From the NCBI GenBank assembly GCA_963715985.1, contig CAVQSP010000010.1, positions 243,679 through 307,678 on the forward strand: a stretch of 64,000 nt of DNA. Reading direction: 5' to 3'. The notes under the pieces were generated by a model. That model ran no database searches, had not been told where the DNA came from, and saw nothing but the letters and a program-made list of their open reading frames with translations. The DNA is from an uncultured Thermoleophilia bacterium (GTDB lineage Bacteria > Actinomycetota > Thermoleophilia > UBA2241). The position numbers were made by a program, and so were the translations under genes. Numbering within the stretch: position 1 is the first letter of the stretch; each line of letters opens with the position of its first letter. This document shows positions 33,515 through 43,936 of the stretch, piece after piece.

Positions 33515-33590
33515 GATCTCCCGACCGTCGCCCGCGCTGCAGCTGTGAGGCTGCCGGCGCCTGAATGGGCGGAGTATGGGCAGCCCGCAC

Positions 33591-33605
33591 TTATCTGTCA
33601 AATAA
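33591..33605. promoter_or_regulatory. Candidate LysR-type binding site upstream of tauE
   Basis: TTAT-N7-ATAA (T-N11-A) in an AT-rich patch. Confidence 0.5.
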
Positions 33606-33743
33606 GGTCAGGCTATGGATATCCGACCCGAGCCGGGGTCCCATCGAGCCGCGAGCCTGAGCGGGGCGAGGGGTATCAGCTCAGCTGATGCGTGGCGCTC
33701 CGCTCATGCGGAATACGAATGACGTGTGGCCCTGCCGGAGCGG

Positions 33744-34942
33744 TCAGCGCACGTACGCGTCGAGGAAGCTCCACCAGGCGACGCCGATGGGCTGCGGCTG
33801 CGCGAAGGCGGCCTGGGCGTAGTACGCCGCCTCGCTCGCGTCCCACGAGTCGCGGCTGGGCCACCAGACGCTGAGGCCGGTGGCCCTGGCGGACGCCGGC
33901 CCCGTGTCCTGGGCGATGAGCGCCGCCGCCACGTCCGCCGCGACCCGCCGTGACGCGGCCTTGAGCGCCGGGTCCGCGATGCCGCTGTCCGCCGCCAGCT
34001 GCCGGCACAGGTCGCCGAGGTCGGCGTAGTCCGTGGCCCATGCGAACCAGGACGTGCTCGGCGGCCGCGGTGATCCCCTCCCTGGAGGCCGCCAGATCGA
34101 TGCGCAGCAGTGTGGCCCAGTTCTGCAGGTCGGCGGTGGCGCTGTCCAGCCTGGCCAGGTCGATCGCCGCGAGGTGGGCGCCGGGGGCCCACGTCTGTGC
34201 GTCGTAGTAGGTCTTCCAGCCGGCCACCATGTCGGCGCCCACCTGCGCCGGCGTCCGTGTGGGATCCGCCGCCACCGGCGCGAGCATGAGGTCGTAGGGG
34301 TAGCCGTTCTGCGGCACCGTCTCCTCCGAGGCGACAAGGATGCCCACCTTGCCGCTGCGCGCGGCCTCGTAGGCGACCTCCGTGTTGGCCATGTTGCAGC
34401 AGTCGAAGGCGAGGAGGTCCACCGTCACGCCGGCGTTGGCGAGCGCGCTGCGGAACTCGTCCATGGTGATGCGGTCGCCGCCTGAGGTGTCGTCGGCGGC
34501 GAAGTAGCGCCAGCCGTAGCCGTGGTCCCACACACTCACGGCCAGCCGCCCCGAGGGATACCTGGCGCGGACCTCCTGGATGAACCACTGGAAGGTGGCG
34601 CCGTCGCCGAAGTCCTTCTCCGGGTACACGGCGACGAGCGACTGCGTGGAGCCCTCAAGCTCGACCAGCTCGCGTGCCCGTCGCGCCGCTGCGGTCCATC
34701 ATCGCGACGATCTCGAATCCCTCACCGGCGGGGATCCTGAGCAGGGCGGGGAGACTGTACTGCTCCCAGTACCTGTCGAGGCTGTTGTCGCCGTCCATGT
34801 AGATGGCGTAGACCCACTGCGTGCCGGGCGCGGCGAGGGCGGTGGTCGCGGGCGCCGGGCGCGCGAGGGCGGCGGTGGACGCCGCGAGGAGCGCGACCAC
34901 GGTGAGCATCGCGAGGATGACGAGAGATCGCCTCGAGCGCAT
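33744..34942 (-). CDS. Secreted clostripain-like (C11) peptidase; frameshifted
   Basis: Signal peptide, YMDGDN, WDHGYGW, FDCCNM, VASEE. Confidence 0.75.
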
Positions 34943-35073
34943 GGCTCCTCCGTTCCTGTGGCCGCACAGGGCGCAGGCCCGTTCTGCGATGGTCCCGAGT
35001 ATTCGCCGCCGGGGCGGCGAGCGCAAGCCGGGGCGCCGCAGGGATGAACGGACGAGAAGGGTCCGGCCGGCCG

Positions 35074-35136
35074 CGCGGAGGGCCGCGGAAGGCCGCGCGG
35101 AGGGCCGCGGAAGGCCGCGGAAGGCCGCGCGAAGGG
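35074..35136. repeat. Short tandem repeat (ggaaggccgc-like units)
   Basis: About five imperfect 10-12 nt units. Confidence 0.5.
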
Positions 35137-36039
35137 TCAGCCGGCCGCCGCGTACTGCTCGCGGAAGAACGCGAGCAGGGCCTCGGCGGCCCGGCTCAGC
35201 ACGCGCGTCTTGGAGCGCACGCTGTAGAAGTCGCGCAGCACGCGGAAGCCCTCGATGGGCACGACCGCCAGTGTGCCGTGCTCCACCTCAGGTCCGATGG
35301 CCCAGCGGCTCACGAAGGTCACGCCGCCGCCGGCGATGGCGGCCTGCTTGGCGGACTCCATGAGACCCATCTCCATGACCACGTTGAGGCGCTCGGGGCG
35401 GACGCCGGCACGGCGCAGGTGGTCCTCCACCACGATGCGCACGCCGGCGCCCTGCTGCTGCATCACCTGCGGCTCGCCGACGAGCTCGTCCAGGGTGACC
35501 TGCTCGCGCGAGGCCCACGGGTGCGAGGGGCTGCACACCAGCACGATCTCGTCGCGGGCCAGCGGCTCGGCGACCAGCTCCGGGCGCGGCGTGACGGCGC
35601 CCACGGCGCCGATCTCGAACTCGCGCGCCAGCACCCGCTCCACCACAGCGTGGGTGTCGTCCACGTGCAGCGAGATGGTGACGCCGGGGTAGGCGTCCTT
35701 GAACTGCGTGAGCATGCCGGGCAGCACGTGCTCGCCGGGACCGGTGGAGGCGCCGACCACGATGCGCCCCGCGATGAGCTCGCCGAGGTCGAGGATCTCG
35801 GTGCAGGCACGCTCGTGCAGGTCGAGGATCTCGCGACCGTACCGGTAGAGCACCTGGCCGGCGTCGGTGGGCACCACGGTGCGGCGCGAGCGGTCGAGCA
35901 GCGTGGTCTTGAGCTCGCGCTCGAGGCTGTGCACCTGCTGGCTGGCTGCGGGCTGCGTGATGTGGAGCTCGTCGGCCGCCAGCGAGAAGCTGCGCCGGTC
36001 GACGATGCGGCAGAAGAGCCGGATCTGACGGATATCCAT
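35137..36039 (-). CDS. LysR family regulator (CysL-like)
   Basis: SFSLAADELHITQPAASQQ HTH; GASTGPGEHVLP. Confidence 0.9.
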   Translation of the reverse strand: MDIRQIRLFCRIVDRRSFSLAADELHITQPAASQQVHSLERELKTTLLDRSRRTVVPTDAGQVLYRYGREILDLHERACTEILDLGELIAGRIVVGASTGPGEHVLPGMLTQFKDAYPGVTISLHVDDTHAVVERVLAREFEIGAVGAVTPRPELVAEPLARDEIVLVCSPSHPWASREQVTLDELVGEPQVMQQQGAGVRIVVEDHLRRAGVRPERLNVVMEMGLMESAKQAAIAGGGVTFVSRWAIGPEVEHGTLAVVPIEGFRVLRDFYSVRSKTRVLSRAAEALLAFFREQYAAAG

Positions 36040-36228
36040 GCACGTATCTTATCTCATGGATTCTGCGGCGAGGAGCCGCGCCACAGCACGTGTTGCGCAG
36101 AGGCGCGTGCCGCGCCAAAGCGCGTGCTGCGTAGGGGCGCGTGCCGCGCCGGAGCGAGGAGCCGCGCCAAGGCGCGCGCCCTGGCGCGCCGAGGTGTGCG
36201 CCCTCCCAACCGGGAGGCATACTCGGAT

Positions 36229-36275
36229 CCGCGATTTCAAGCAAAGGTGTCGTTGGACGTACGCCCGGTTGAAAC
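36229..36275. repeat. Intergenic hairpin repeat C, copy 1
   Basis: ccgcgaTTTCAAgcaaag...TTGAAA; matches 42492-42538. Confidence 0.7.
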
Positions 36276-36392
36276 CGCCGAACGGAACAGGCCCGCGGCG
36301 CGGTGTGACGCCTGCGAGCTCGGCAGAGGATGGCAGCGCCGGAACGGCACGCATCGCCGTCGCTCAGACGAGCGGAGGCGCATCGCCGGCGG

Positions 36393-37508
36393 TCAGACGA
36401 GCGGAGGGGCCTCGCCGTCGCCGACGTCGCTCACCAGGCGGCCCAGGCGCGCCCGGCGGGAGCGGGGCTGCGCCAGGTCGATGAGCCGCTCGACGAAGAT
36501 GGACGGGTCCCGCGGCTGCACGGCGGCCAGGCGGTCGTCCTTCTTGCGCAGCACGATCTCGGCGGCCGTGGCCGCCGGGCGCAGGCGCCGGTCGGCGAGC
36601 AGGGCAGCGTCCACCGCCGAGGGCGGCCGCTGCGAGACGGTGTAGGCCGGCGTGCCCAGGGCGGCCGCCTCGCGCGCCATCACCCCGCCGGCGCCGAGCA
36701 CGAAGTCGGCGGCGGCGAGCAGGCTGACCGCCTCGGGCAGCGGGCCATCCGGCGCGGTGAGCCCACGCGGCACACGGGCCAGAAACCGGGCGCGCTGCTC
36801 GGCGTCGCGGGCCACCAGCACGAGGGCCACGTTGCGGCGCCCGGCCAGCTCGCCGGCGAGGTCCAGCAGCGCGGCCTCCGAGCGCGCCGCCTCGCCGGAC
36901 GGCAGGGCGGCGCGCTCCGCGCGCACGCGCGGCGGCCGGGGCGGGCGCAGCACGCCCACCACGTGCCGGCGGTCCACGCCGAGCCGAGCGAGGACCTCAG
37001 GGTCCGGGCGCAGGTCGTAGAGGTAGTACTCCTCCTTGAAGCCGGGGTAGCGGAAGAGCTTGTCGGGCGACGCCCCGAGGTCGGCCAGCGTCGCCTGCGG
37101 GATCGCCTCCGGCACGGCGACCTCGTCGACGAGGCGCACGTTCACGGAGTTGCTGCGCCGCGAGCGCTCGTCGTCCAGAAAGGTGAGCTGCGGGATGCCG
37201 AGGGCCCAGGCGGCGAGCACGAAGTCGCTGGCGTGGCTGCCCGCCGCCACGTCGAAGCGGCCGCTGGAGGCCGAGCCGATGAGCTGCGCCGTGCGGTTCA
37301 CGAGGCCCACGGCGCGGGTGCCCAGCCCTCCGCCGCGGTGGCCGGTGGTGAGCACGCCGCCCAGCCCGTGGCGGCGCAGCACGAGGTCGGCGCCGGCGAA
37401 GCGGCGCGCCGTCACCGTGACGGTGTGCCCGGCGCCCTCCAGACGGCGGACGATGGGGGCGAAGAACACCACGTGGGAGGCGTCGGTGATGTCGACCCAC
37501 ACGCGCAT
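36393..37508 (-). CDS. DUF354 family GT-B-like protein
   Basis: MRVWVDITDASHVVFF, YPGFKE, GVMAREAAALGTP. Confidence 0.75.
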   Translation of the reverse strand: MRVWVDITDASHVVFFAPIVRRLEGAGHTVTVTARRFAGADLVLRRHGLGGVLTTGHRGGGLGTRAVGLVNRTAQLIGSASSGRFDVAAGSHASDFVLAAWALGIPQLTFLDDERSRRSNSVNVRLVDEVAVPEAIPQATLADLGASPDKLFRYPGFKEEYYLYDLRPDPEVLARLGVDRRHVVGVLRPPRPPRVRAERAALPSGEAARSEAALLDLAGELAGRRNVALVLVARDAEQRARFLARVPRGLTAPDGPLPEAVSLLAAADFVLGAGGVMAREAAALGTPAYTVSQRPPSAVDAALLADRRLRPAATAAEIVLRKKDDRLAAVQPRDPSIFVERLIDLAQPRSRRARLGRLVSDVGDGEAPPLV

Positions 37509-37550
37509 GGTGTCAACCTTCTGCGGCCGCCGCCGCCCGCGCGGCGAGCG

Positions 37551-38648
37551 TCAGGCGAGCCCCGCGGCCACGGCGTCCGCCACTTCCTTCACCTGGTCCT
37601 CGCCGAGGTTGGGGTGCATGGGGATGGCGAGGTTCTGTGCGGCGGCCTCGTCGGTGTTGGGGAAGTCGCCGAGCTTGTGACCCTGGCCGGCGAAGGCCGG
37701 CTGCAGCTGCAGCGGCGTGGTGTAGTAGGCGGCGCTGTCCACGCCGCGCTCCTTGCAGGCGGCGGCGATGGCGTCCCTGCGCGCGTGCCGGATCACGTAG
37801 AGGTGGTACACGTGCGTGAGACCGTCGGGTACGGCCGGCCGCGCGACTTCCGCGGGGAGGTAGTGGTCGTACCAGGCGGCGACCTGAGCGCGCCGCGCGT
37901 TCCACTCGTCGATGACCTCGAGCTCCAGGCGCAGGATGGCCGCCTGCACCTCGTCGAGGCGCGAGTTGAAGCCGATGTCGGTGAAGGTCTTCTTGTCCTT
38001 GCTGCCGTGGAAGCGCAGCTCGCGGGCGCGGTCCACCAGCACCTTGCTGTGGGCGGTGACCAGGCCACCGTCACCGTAGCCGCCGAGGTTCTTGGTCGGG
38101 AAGAAGCTGAACACGGCCATGTCGCCGAGGCTGCCGGCGCGGCGGCCCTTGTAGGTGGCGCCCCAGGCCTGGCAGGCGTCCTCCACCACGGCCAGGCCGT
38201 GCGCGTCCGCCACCGTCTTGACGGCGTCGGCGTCGGCCGGCAGGCCGAAGAGGTCGACCGGCATCACGGCCTTGGTGCGCGAGGTGATCGCGGCCTTGAT
38301 GGCGGAAGGGTCGATGCACAGCGTGTCCGGGCGGATGTCGACGAAGACCGGCTTGGCGCCGGCCTGAGCGATGGCCTCCGGCGTGGCGAAGAAGGTGAAC
38401 GGCACGGTGATGACCTCGTCTCCGGGGCCGATGCCGAGCGCCCGCAGGGCGATGGTGAGGCCGTCGGTGCCGTTGGCCACGCCCACGGACCCCGTGGTGC
38501 CCATGTAGGCCGAGGCCTCCTCTTCGAAGCCCTTGACGTTGGGCCCAAGGATGACGCGTCCGCTGCGCAGCACGTCGAGGACGGCCGCCTCGATGCGCTC
38601 CTGAAGCTCCGCGTACTGTCCCTTGATGTCCATGAGTCCGACGGCCAT
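37551..38648 (-). CDS. DegT/DnrJ/EryC1/StrS sugar aminotransferase
   Basis: ANGTDG, EDACQ, SFFPTKNLG, NSRLDE. Confidence 0.92.
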   Translation of the reverse strand: MAVGLMDIKGQYAELQERIEAAVLDVLRSGRVILGPNVKGFEEEASAYMGTTGSVGVANGTDGLTIALRALGIGPGDEVITVPFTFFATPEAIAQAGAKPVFVDIRPDTLCIDPSAIKAAITSRTKAVMPVDLFGLPADADAVKTVADAHGLAVVEDACQAWGATYKGRRAGSLGDMAVFSFFPTKNLGGYGDGGLVTAHSKVLVDRARELRFHGSKDKKTFTDIGFNSRLDEVQAAILRLELEVIDEWNARRAQVAAWYDHYLPAEVARPAVPDGLTHVYHLYVIRHARRDAIAAACKERGVDSAAYYTTPLQLQPAFAGQGHKLGDFPNTDEAAAQNLAIPMHPNLGEDQVKEVADAVAAGLA

Positions 38649-38812
38649 GCTGACGCCTCCTTGCGGCGGGGAAGTCGTGAGGGGTGGTGGCGAACCTACC
38701 ATACGCGTGCGCGGGCGGGCCACCGGAGCGGGACGCGCGGCGCCGGTGACGGGCCGTCGAGGGGCGGGCGAGGCGTTAGCACCCGCGCCCGCCGTGCGGT
38801 ACTGTCTGCCGC

Positions 38813-39458
38813 ATGCAGTCCATCATCAACGACGTGGTGCAGTGGGCCACGCATCTCATCGGCGCGTGGGGCCTGCCGGCCGTGTTCTTCCTCATGCTGC
38901 TGGAGAGCGCCTGCATCCCGGTGCCCAGCGAGGCCATCATGCCCTTCGCCGGCTTCGCCGTGAGCGAGGGCACGCTGACCTTCCTGGGCATCGTCGTCGC
39001 GGGGGTGGCCGGCAACCTCGCTGGGCTCGTGGATCGCGTACGCCGTCGGCTACTACGGCGGCCGCCCCTTCGTGGACCGCTGGGGCAAGTACGTGCTGCT
39101 GCGGCCGCATCACCTGGACACGGCGCAGCGCTGGTTCGACCACTACGGGGCCCCGGTCGTCTTCTTCGGGCGCATGCTGCCCATCGTGCGCACCTTCATC
39201 TCCCTCCCTGCCGGCTTCGGCAAGATGAAGTTCTGGAAGTTCACGCTGTACACCGTGCTCGGGTGCGTGCCGTGGGTGGCCTTGCTGGGCTACGTCGGCG
39301 TCAAGCTGGGCGGCAACTGGGAGAAGATCCGCCCGCTGCTGCACTACGTGGACTACGTCGTGGTCGCGGCGCTGGTGGCGCTCGTGGTGTACGTATTGGT
39401 GCGCTGGCGCCGTCGCAAGGCCGTGGCTGCGGCCGCCGCGGCGCCTGACGAGGACTGA
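38813..39458 (+). CDS. DedA family membrane protein; frameshift near 39020
   Basis: LESACIPVPSE, FGRMLPIVRTFISLPAG. Confidence 0.88.
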
Positions 39459-39485
39459 CGTGGGCGCGCCGCGGGGGGACGCCGC

Positions 39486-40398
39486 ATGAGTACGGCCTCG
39501 TGCCGGGTGCGGGTGCCGGCCACCACCGCCAATCTCGGCCCCGGCTTCGACTGCCTCGGCCTCGCCCTGGACCTGTGGAACGACGTCCACTTCTCGCTGG
39601 AGGGCGACGGCGTCGTCGTGACGTCCAGCGGCACCGGTGCGGAGGCCCTGCCGGCGGACGAGACCAACATGGTCGCCAGAGCCTTTCTGCGCCTGTGCGA
39701 GGAGGCCGGACGCGCAGCGCCCGCCGGCCTCCGCATCCACAGCGAGCTCGCCGTGCCGCCGTCCTCGGGGCTGGGGTCGAGCGCCGCCGCCGTGGTGGCC
39801 GGCCTGCTCGGCGCCAACACGCTCCTCGGCCGGCCCCTCGACCGGGCGAACCTGCTTGAGCTCGCCGCCGCCATCGAGGGCCACCCCGACAATGTGGCGG
39901 CCACCGTGCTCGGCGGCCTCACCATCGTGGTGCGCCGCGGCGACAAGCTGCTGACCAAGAAGATCCTGGTGCCGGAGGTGCACGTGGCGCTCGCCGTGCC
40001 CGAGCTGCCCTTCAGCACCGGCGCGGCGCGCGCGAGCCTGCCGAGCGAGGTCTCCATGCAGGACGCCGTGTTCAACCTGGGGCGCACGCCGCTCGTCGTC
40101 GAGGCGCTCCGCACCGGCGACTACGAGCTGCTGCACGAGGTGATGGAGGACCGTCTGCACCAGGCCGCCCGCCTCAAGCTCATCCCGGGCGGCCCGACGG
40201 CGTGGCTGGCCGCCCAGCATGCCGGGGCGGCGGCCGTGGCCATCTCCGGCTCCGGCCCCAGCCTCGTGGCCTTCGTCGAGCCTCACCACCGACGCGATGC
40301 GGGTGGCTCGGGCGATGTCCGAGGCGTTCGCCGGCGAGGGCGTCACGGCGCGGCCGCTGGGCCTGAGGGCCTCGACGGCCGGCGCGACGGTCGCGTAG
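39486..40398 (+). CDS. thrB: Homoserine kinase; frameshift near 3' end
   Basis: VPATTANLGPGFD, GLGSSA, EGHPDN, ISGSGP. Confidence 0.9.
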
Positions 40399-40475
40399 CC
40401 GTCAGGCGGGTCGCCTGCGCGTCTGCACTCATCGGCCGCGCGTGGCCGTTTCTGCAGGGTGGGTATAGTCGGACC

Positions 40476-40895
40476 ATGAACGCCGGCTACGAACTCGTTG
40501 ACCACACCGCCGACATCGGCGTACGCGCTCGCGGCCACACGCGCGAGGAGGTCTACGAGCTGGCCGCCGAAGGCATGTTCTCGCTCATCTGCGACCCCAT
40601 GACCATAGCCGGCACCGAGACGGTGGACGTGGAGGTGGAGGCGGCCCAGCCGGACCTGCTCCTGGCCGCCTGGCTCAACGAGCTGCTCTACCGCTTCGAG
40701 GCGACCCGCGTGCTCTTCGAGAGCTTCGAAGTCACGGCGCTCACCGACACCAGCCTGAAGGCGCGTGTCGGCGGAGAGCCGCTCGACCCCAAGCGCCACG
40801 CCGTGTGCGGCGGGGTCAAGGCGGCCACCCTCCACCAGCTCTCCCTCGCCCCGTGCGAAGGCGGCTGGGAGGGCTTCGTCCTGCTCGACGTCTGA
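40476..40895 (+). CDS. Archease
   Basis: DHTAD, WLNEL, VKAATLH, LLDV C-terminus; TATAGT 6 nt upstream (leaderless). Confidence 0.9.
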   Translation: MNAGYELVDHTADIGVRARGHTREEVYELAAEGMFSLICDPMTIAGTETVDVEVEAAQPDLLLAAWLNELLYRFEATRVLFESFEVTALTDTSLKARVGGEPLDPKRHAVCGGVKAATLHQLSLAPCEGGWEGFVLLDV

Positions 40896-40902
40896 GGGCC
40901 GC

Positions 40903-42336
40903 ATGCGCGTCACGCGCACCGGGACCCACACCTACGAGATCGCCCGCGAGGGCGCCATGCGCGTGCCCGGCCGCGTGTATGCGGACGAGAGCCTGTTCAC
41001 GCAGGCGGGCCACGAGGAGGCCCTGCAGCAGGTCGCCAACGTGGCTACGCTGCCCGGCATCGTGAGCGCGAGCATCGCGATGCCGGACATCCATTGGGGC
41101 TACGGCTTCCCCATCGGCGGCGTGGCGGCGATGGACGAGCGCGACGGCGTGGTCTCGCCGGGTGGCGTGGGCTTCGACATCAACTGCGGGGTGCGCCTGG
41201 TGCGCACCGGTCTCGGCGTCGAGGAGGTGCGCCCCAGGCTGGAGCAGCTTCTGCAGGAGCTGATGCGGCGCGTGCCGCAGGGGGCCGGGCCGCGCGGCGC
41301 CCTCGAGTTGGGCGAGCGGGAGCTGGCCAGGCTCGTCGAGTGCGGCGCGCCGTACCTCGTGGACCGCGGCTTCGCCACGACGGACGATCTGGAGCACATC
41401 GAGGAGGGCGGCGCCATGGCCGGCGCCGATGTCTCCGCCGTGAGCGCGAAGGCCATGGCGCGCGGCCGCTCCCAGGTGGGCAGTCTGGGCTCCGGCAACC
41501 ACTTCCTGGAGCTGCAGGTGGTGGACGAGGTGCTGGACGAGGAGGCGGCGAGCGCCTTCGGCGTCGCCGCCGGCCAGGTGATGGTGATGATCCACTCCGG
41601 CTCGCGGGGCTTCGGGCACCAGGTGTGCACCGACTACCTGGCGCGGATGGCGCAGGCGGCGGCGCAGGCCGGCATCGAGCTGCCCGACCGGCAGCTCGCC
41701 TGCGCGCCGCTGGACTCGGCCGCCGCGCGCGAGTACCTGGCGGCCATGGCGTGCGCCTGCAACTTCGCGTTCGCCAACCGGCAGATGATGCTGCACGAGG
41801 TGCGCGGCGCGTTCGAGCGCGTGTTCCGCGCGAGCTGGGAGCGCCTGGGCATCGAGCTCGTCTACGACGTGGCGCACAACATCGCCAAGCGCGAGGTCCA
41901 CCTGGTGGAGGGCGCCGAGCTGCCCGTGTGGGTGCACAGGAAGGGGGCGACCCGCGCCTTCGGCCCCGGTCGCCCCGACGTCCCCGCCGCCTACCGCGCC
42001 GTCGGCCAGCCGGTCATCATCCCCGGCAGCATGGGTACGGAGAGCTGGCTGCTGGCCGGCACGGAGACGGCCATGCGCGAGACCTTCGGCTCGACGTGCC
42101 ACGGCGCCGGCCGGGCGCTCTCGCGGCACGCCGCCAGGAAGCTCAAGAGCGGCGCCGACGTGCGCCGCGAGCTGGAGGCGCGCGGCATCGTCGTCAAGGC
42201 CGGATCGGTGGGGTCGCTGGCCGAGGAGGCGCCGTACGCGTACAAGGACGTCGCCGGCGTGGTGGACGTGGTGCACGACGCCGGCCTGTCGCGCAAGGTG
42301 GCGCGCCTCAAGCCGCTCGGCGTGCTGAAGGGGTGA
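40903..42336 (+). CDS. rtcB: RtcB RNA ligase (archaeal/eukaryotic-like clade)
   Basis: MPDIHWGYGFPIG, GFDINCG, GSGNHF, HSGSRG, HRKGAT, HGAGR, YKD. Confidence 0.95.
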   Translation: MRVTRTGTHTYEIAREGAMRVPGRVYADESLFTQAGHEEALQQVANVATLPGIVSASIAMPDIHWGYGFPIGGVAAMDERDGVVSPGGVGFDINCGVRLVRTGLGVEEVRPRLEQLLQELMRRVPQGAGPRGALELGERELARLVECGAPYLVDRGFATTDDLEHIEEGGAMAGADVSAVSAKAMARGRSQVGSLGSGNHFLELQVVDEVLDEEAASAFGVAAGQVMVMIHSGSRGFGHQVCTDYLARMAQAAAQAGIELPDRQLACAPLDSAAAREYLAAMACACNFAFANRQMMLHEVRGAFERVFRASWERLGIELVYDVAHNIAKREVHLVEGAELPVWVHRKGATRAFGPGRPDVPAAYRAVGQPVIIPGSMGTESWLLAGTETAMRETFGSTCHGAGRALSRHAARKLKSGADVRRELEARGIVVKAGSVGSLAEEAPYAYKDVAGVVDVVHDAGLSRKVARLKPLGVLKG

Positions 42337-42491
42337 GGCGCGGGGCGGCTTCGCCCGCCGCGCCCCGCCTCACTGCCGCCCGCCGCCGCGCCGCGCCGCC
42401 CGCCCACCACCAACCGCCCGCCCACCACCCACCGCCCGCCCGCCGCCGCCCCCCTGGATGCGGAAGTGCCCACCCGCAAGCAGTGTCCCGA

Positions 42492-42538
42492 CCGCGATTT
42501 CAAGCAAAGATACCGTTGGAAGTACCGTTGCCTGAAAC
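42492..42538. repeat. Intergenic hairpin repeat C, copy 2
   Basis: tttcaagcaa...ttgcctgaaa stem; same 40-nt span as copy 1. Confidence 0.7.
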
Positions 42539-42691
42539 ACGAGACGGGACATTCCCTCCGGCTCAGGTGAGGCGCGACGGGAGGAGGCGGCGCGAGTCCG
42601 CCGGTGCAGACGAGGGCGCACCGGCGACCCGCTGGCCGGCGCGAGTGGGGGTGCGCGGGCAGATCAGCCGCCGAACGCGGCACGGTGCAGG

Positions 42692-42795
42692 CGGCTCGGC
42701 CGCCGTCGCCCAGCCGGGCAGGGACGCATGCGGCTCAGCCCTCCGCGCCCAGCCGCGCGGGGACGCGTGCGGCTCAGCGACCGTCGCCCAGCCGG
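42692..42795. repeat. About 39-bp tandem repeat at the 3' end of chorismate mutase
   Basis: ggctc(a/g)gc...gcccagccg repeated three times. Confidence 0.55.
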
Positions 42796-43067
42796 CCCGC
42801 CTCTTCCTTCGTCACCTCGACGATGGCGCGATACACGCGCTGGAGGGCGTCTGCGCTGAGCGGGCCCTTGTTGGCTCGCGCGAGGAAGGTGAGCATCCAC
42901 TCCTCGCGTTCCGCGTTGTAGACCTCGATGCCGTGCTCGGCCTTGTAGCGCCAGAGCTTGTCCACGAGCGAGAGGCGCTTGTTGATCAGGTCCACGATCT
43001 TGAGGTCGTTGTCCGAGATCTGATCGCGGAACTGCTTCATCACAGGGTCGTCACCGGGGTTGCTCAA
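42774..43067 (-). CDS. Chorismate mutase (AroQ type)
   Basis: FRDQISDNDLKIVDLINKR, YK, ERE, NKGPLS. Confidence 0.75.
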   Translation of the reverse strand: MSNPGDDPVMKQFRDQISDNDLKIVDLINKRLSLVDKLWRYKAEHGIEVYNAEREEWMLTFLARANKGPLSADALQRVYRAIVEVTKEEAGRLGDGR

Positions 43068-43122
43068 GGCTGGTTCTCCGTTCCGGGGTGGCGGGAGGCA
43101 CGGGCGCGCCGGGCGCCGGGCG

Positions 43123-43755
43123 TCAGTTGTGAGGGTGCCCCTCGTCTTCGTCGTCTTCGTCTTCGTCGTCGAGATCGTCCTCGTCCTCGTCGTCCTCTTC
43201 GTCGTCCTCGTCCTCGTCGTCGACGGGGCCGTCCACGGCCTCGGCAATCTCGTCGGGCGTGCCCTCCGCGCTGAGGAAGTCGTCCGGCGAGACGCTCTCG
43301 AGGAAGTCGCGGAAGCTGTCCACGATCTCCTCGGTGTCGTCCACCTCGCGCTCGAACTCGATGGCGTTCTCGTCGATGAGCGCTGTGGAGGCGAAGATGG
43401 GGGCGTCGGTGCGCACCGCCAGGGCGAGGGCGTCGCTGGGCCGCGAGTCGATCTCGATGAGCTCGCCTTCCTTCTCCAGCGTGAGCGTGGCGTAGAAGGT
43501 GCTCTCCTTGAGCTCGGTCACGGTGATGCGCGCCACGTCGGCGTCGAAGCGCCCGAGGATGCTGGCCAGGAGGTCGTGCGTCATCGGCCGCGGGAGCGCC
43601 GTGCCCTGCAGCTTGATGAGAATGGCGGCGGCTTCGGGGTGCCCGATCCAGATGGGCAGGAACTTGTTGCCCTCCATCGTCTTGAGCAGCACGATGGGCT
43701 GCTTGCCGATGACGTCGAAGCTCACGCCGTAGATGACCATTTCCTGGACGTCCAT
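43123..43755 (-). CDS. Bifunctional nuclease (DUF151) with acidic tail
   Basis: LPIWIGHPEA, RPMTHDL, DSRPSDALALA. Confidence 0.88.
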   Translation of the reverse strand: MDVQEMVIYGVSFDVIGKQPIVLLKTMEGNKFLPIWIGHPEAAAILIKLQGTALPRPMTHDLLASILGRFDADVARITVTELKESTFYATLTLEKEGELIEIDSRPSDALALAVRTDAPIFASTALIDENAIEFEREVDDTEEIVDSFRDFLESVSPDDFLSAEGTPDEIAEAVDGPVDDEDEDDEEDDEDEDDLDDEDEDDEDEGHPHN

Positions 43756-43936
43756 GATGAACTGAGTATACGGCAACGGCGTCCGGGCTCGCACGGCGAC
43801 CGGCGCCGATGGCCGAGGGTCTCGCACTCTGCCGAGGCGCCACTGCAGCACGGACGTATGATGAGGCCTCGGGTCGTCCGTGCCGACGGGCGGTCGCAGG
43901 GCCGCGGGCCGCGCCCGCGGTGGCGGAGGAGGGACC

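Noticed and set aside
39486-40895. ThrB-archease fusion
   Set aside because: Archease has its own -10 and ATG at 40476; the ThrB C-terminus continues in another frame to a stop at 40398
42692-42795. CRISPR array
   Set aside because: Contiguous degenerate tandem units without unique spacers, and no cas genes in the window
43140-43222. Trinucleotide repeat element
   Set aside because: It encodes the Asp/Glu-rich tail of the DUF151 protein
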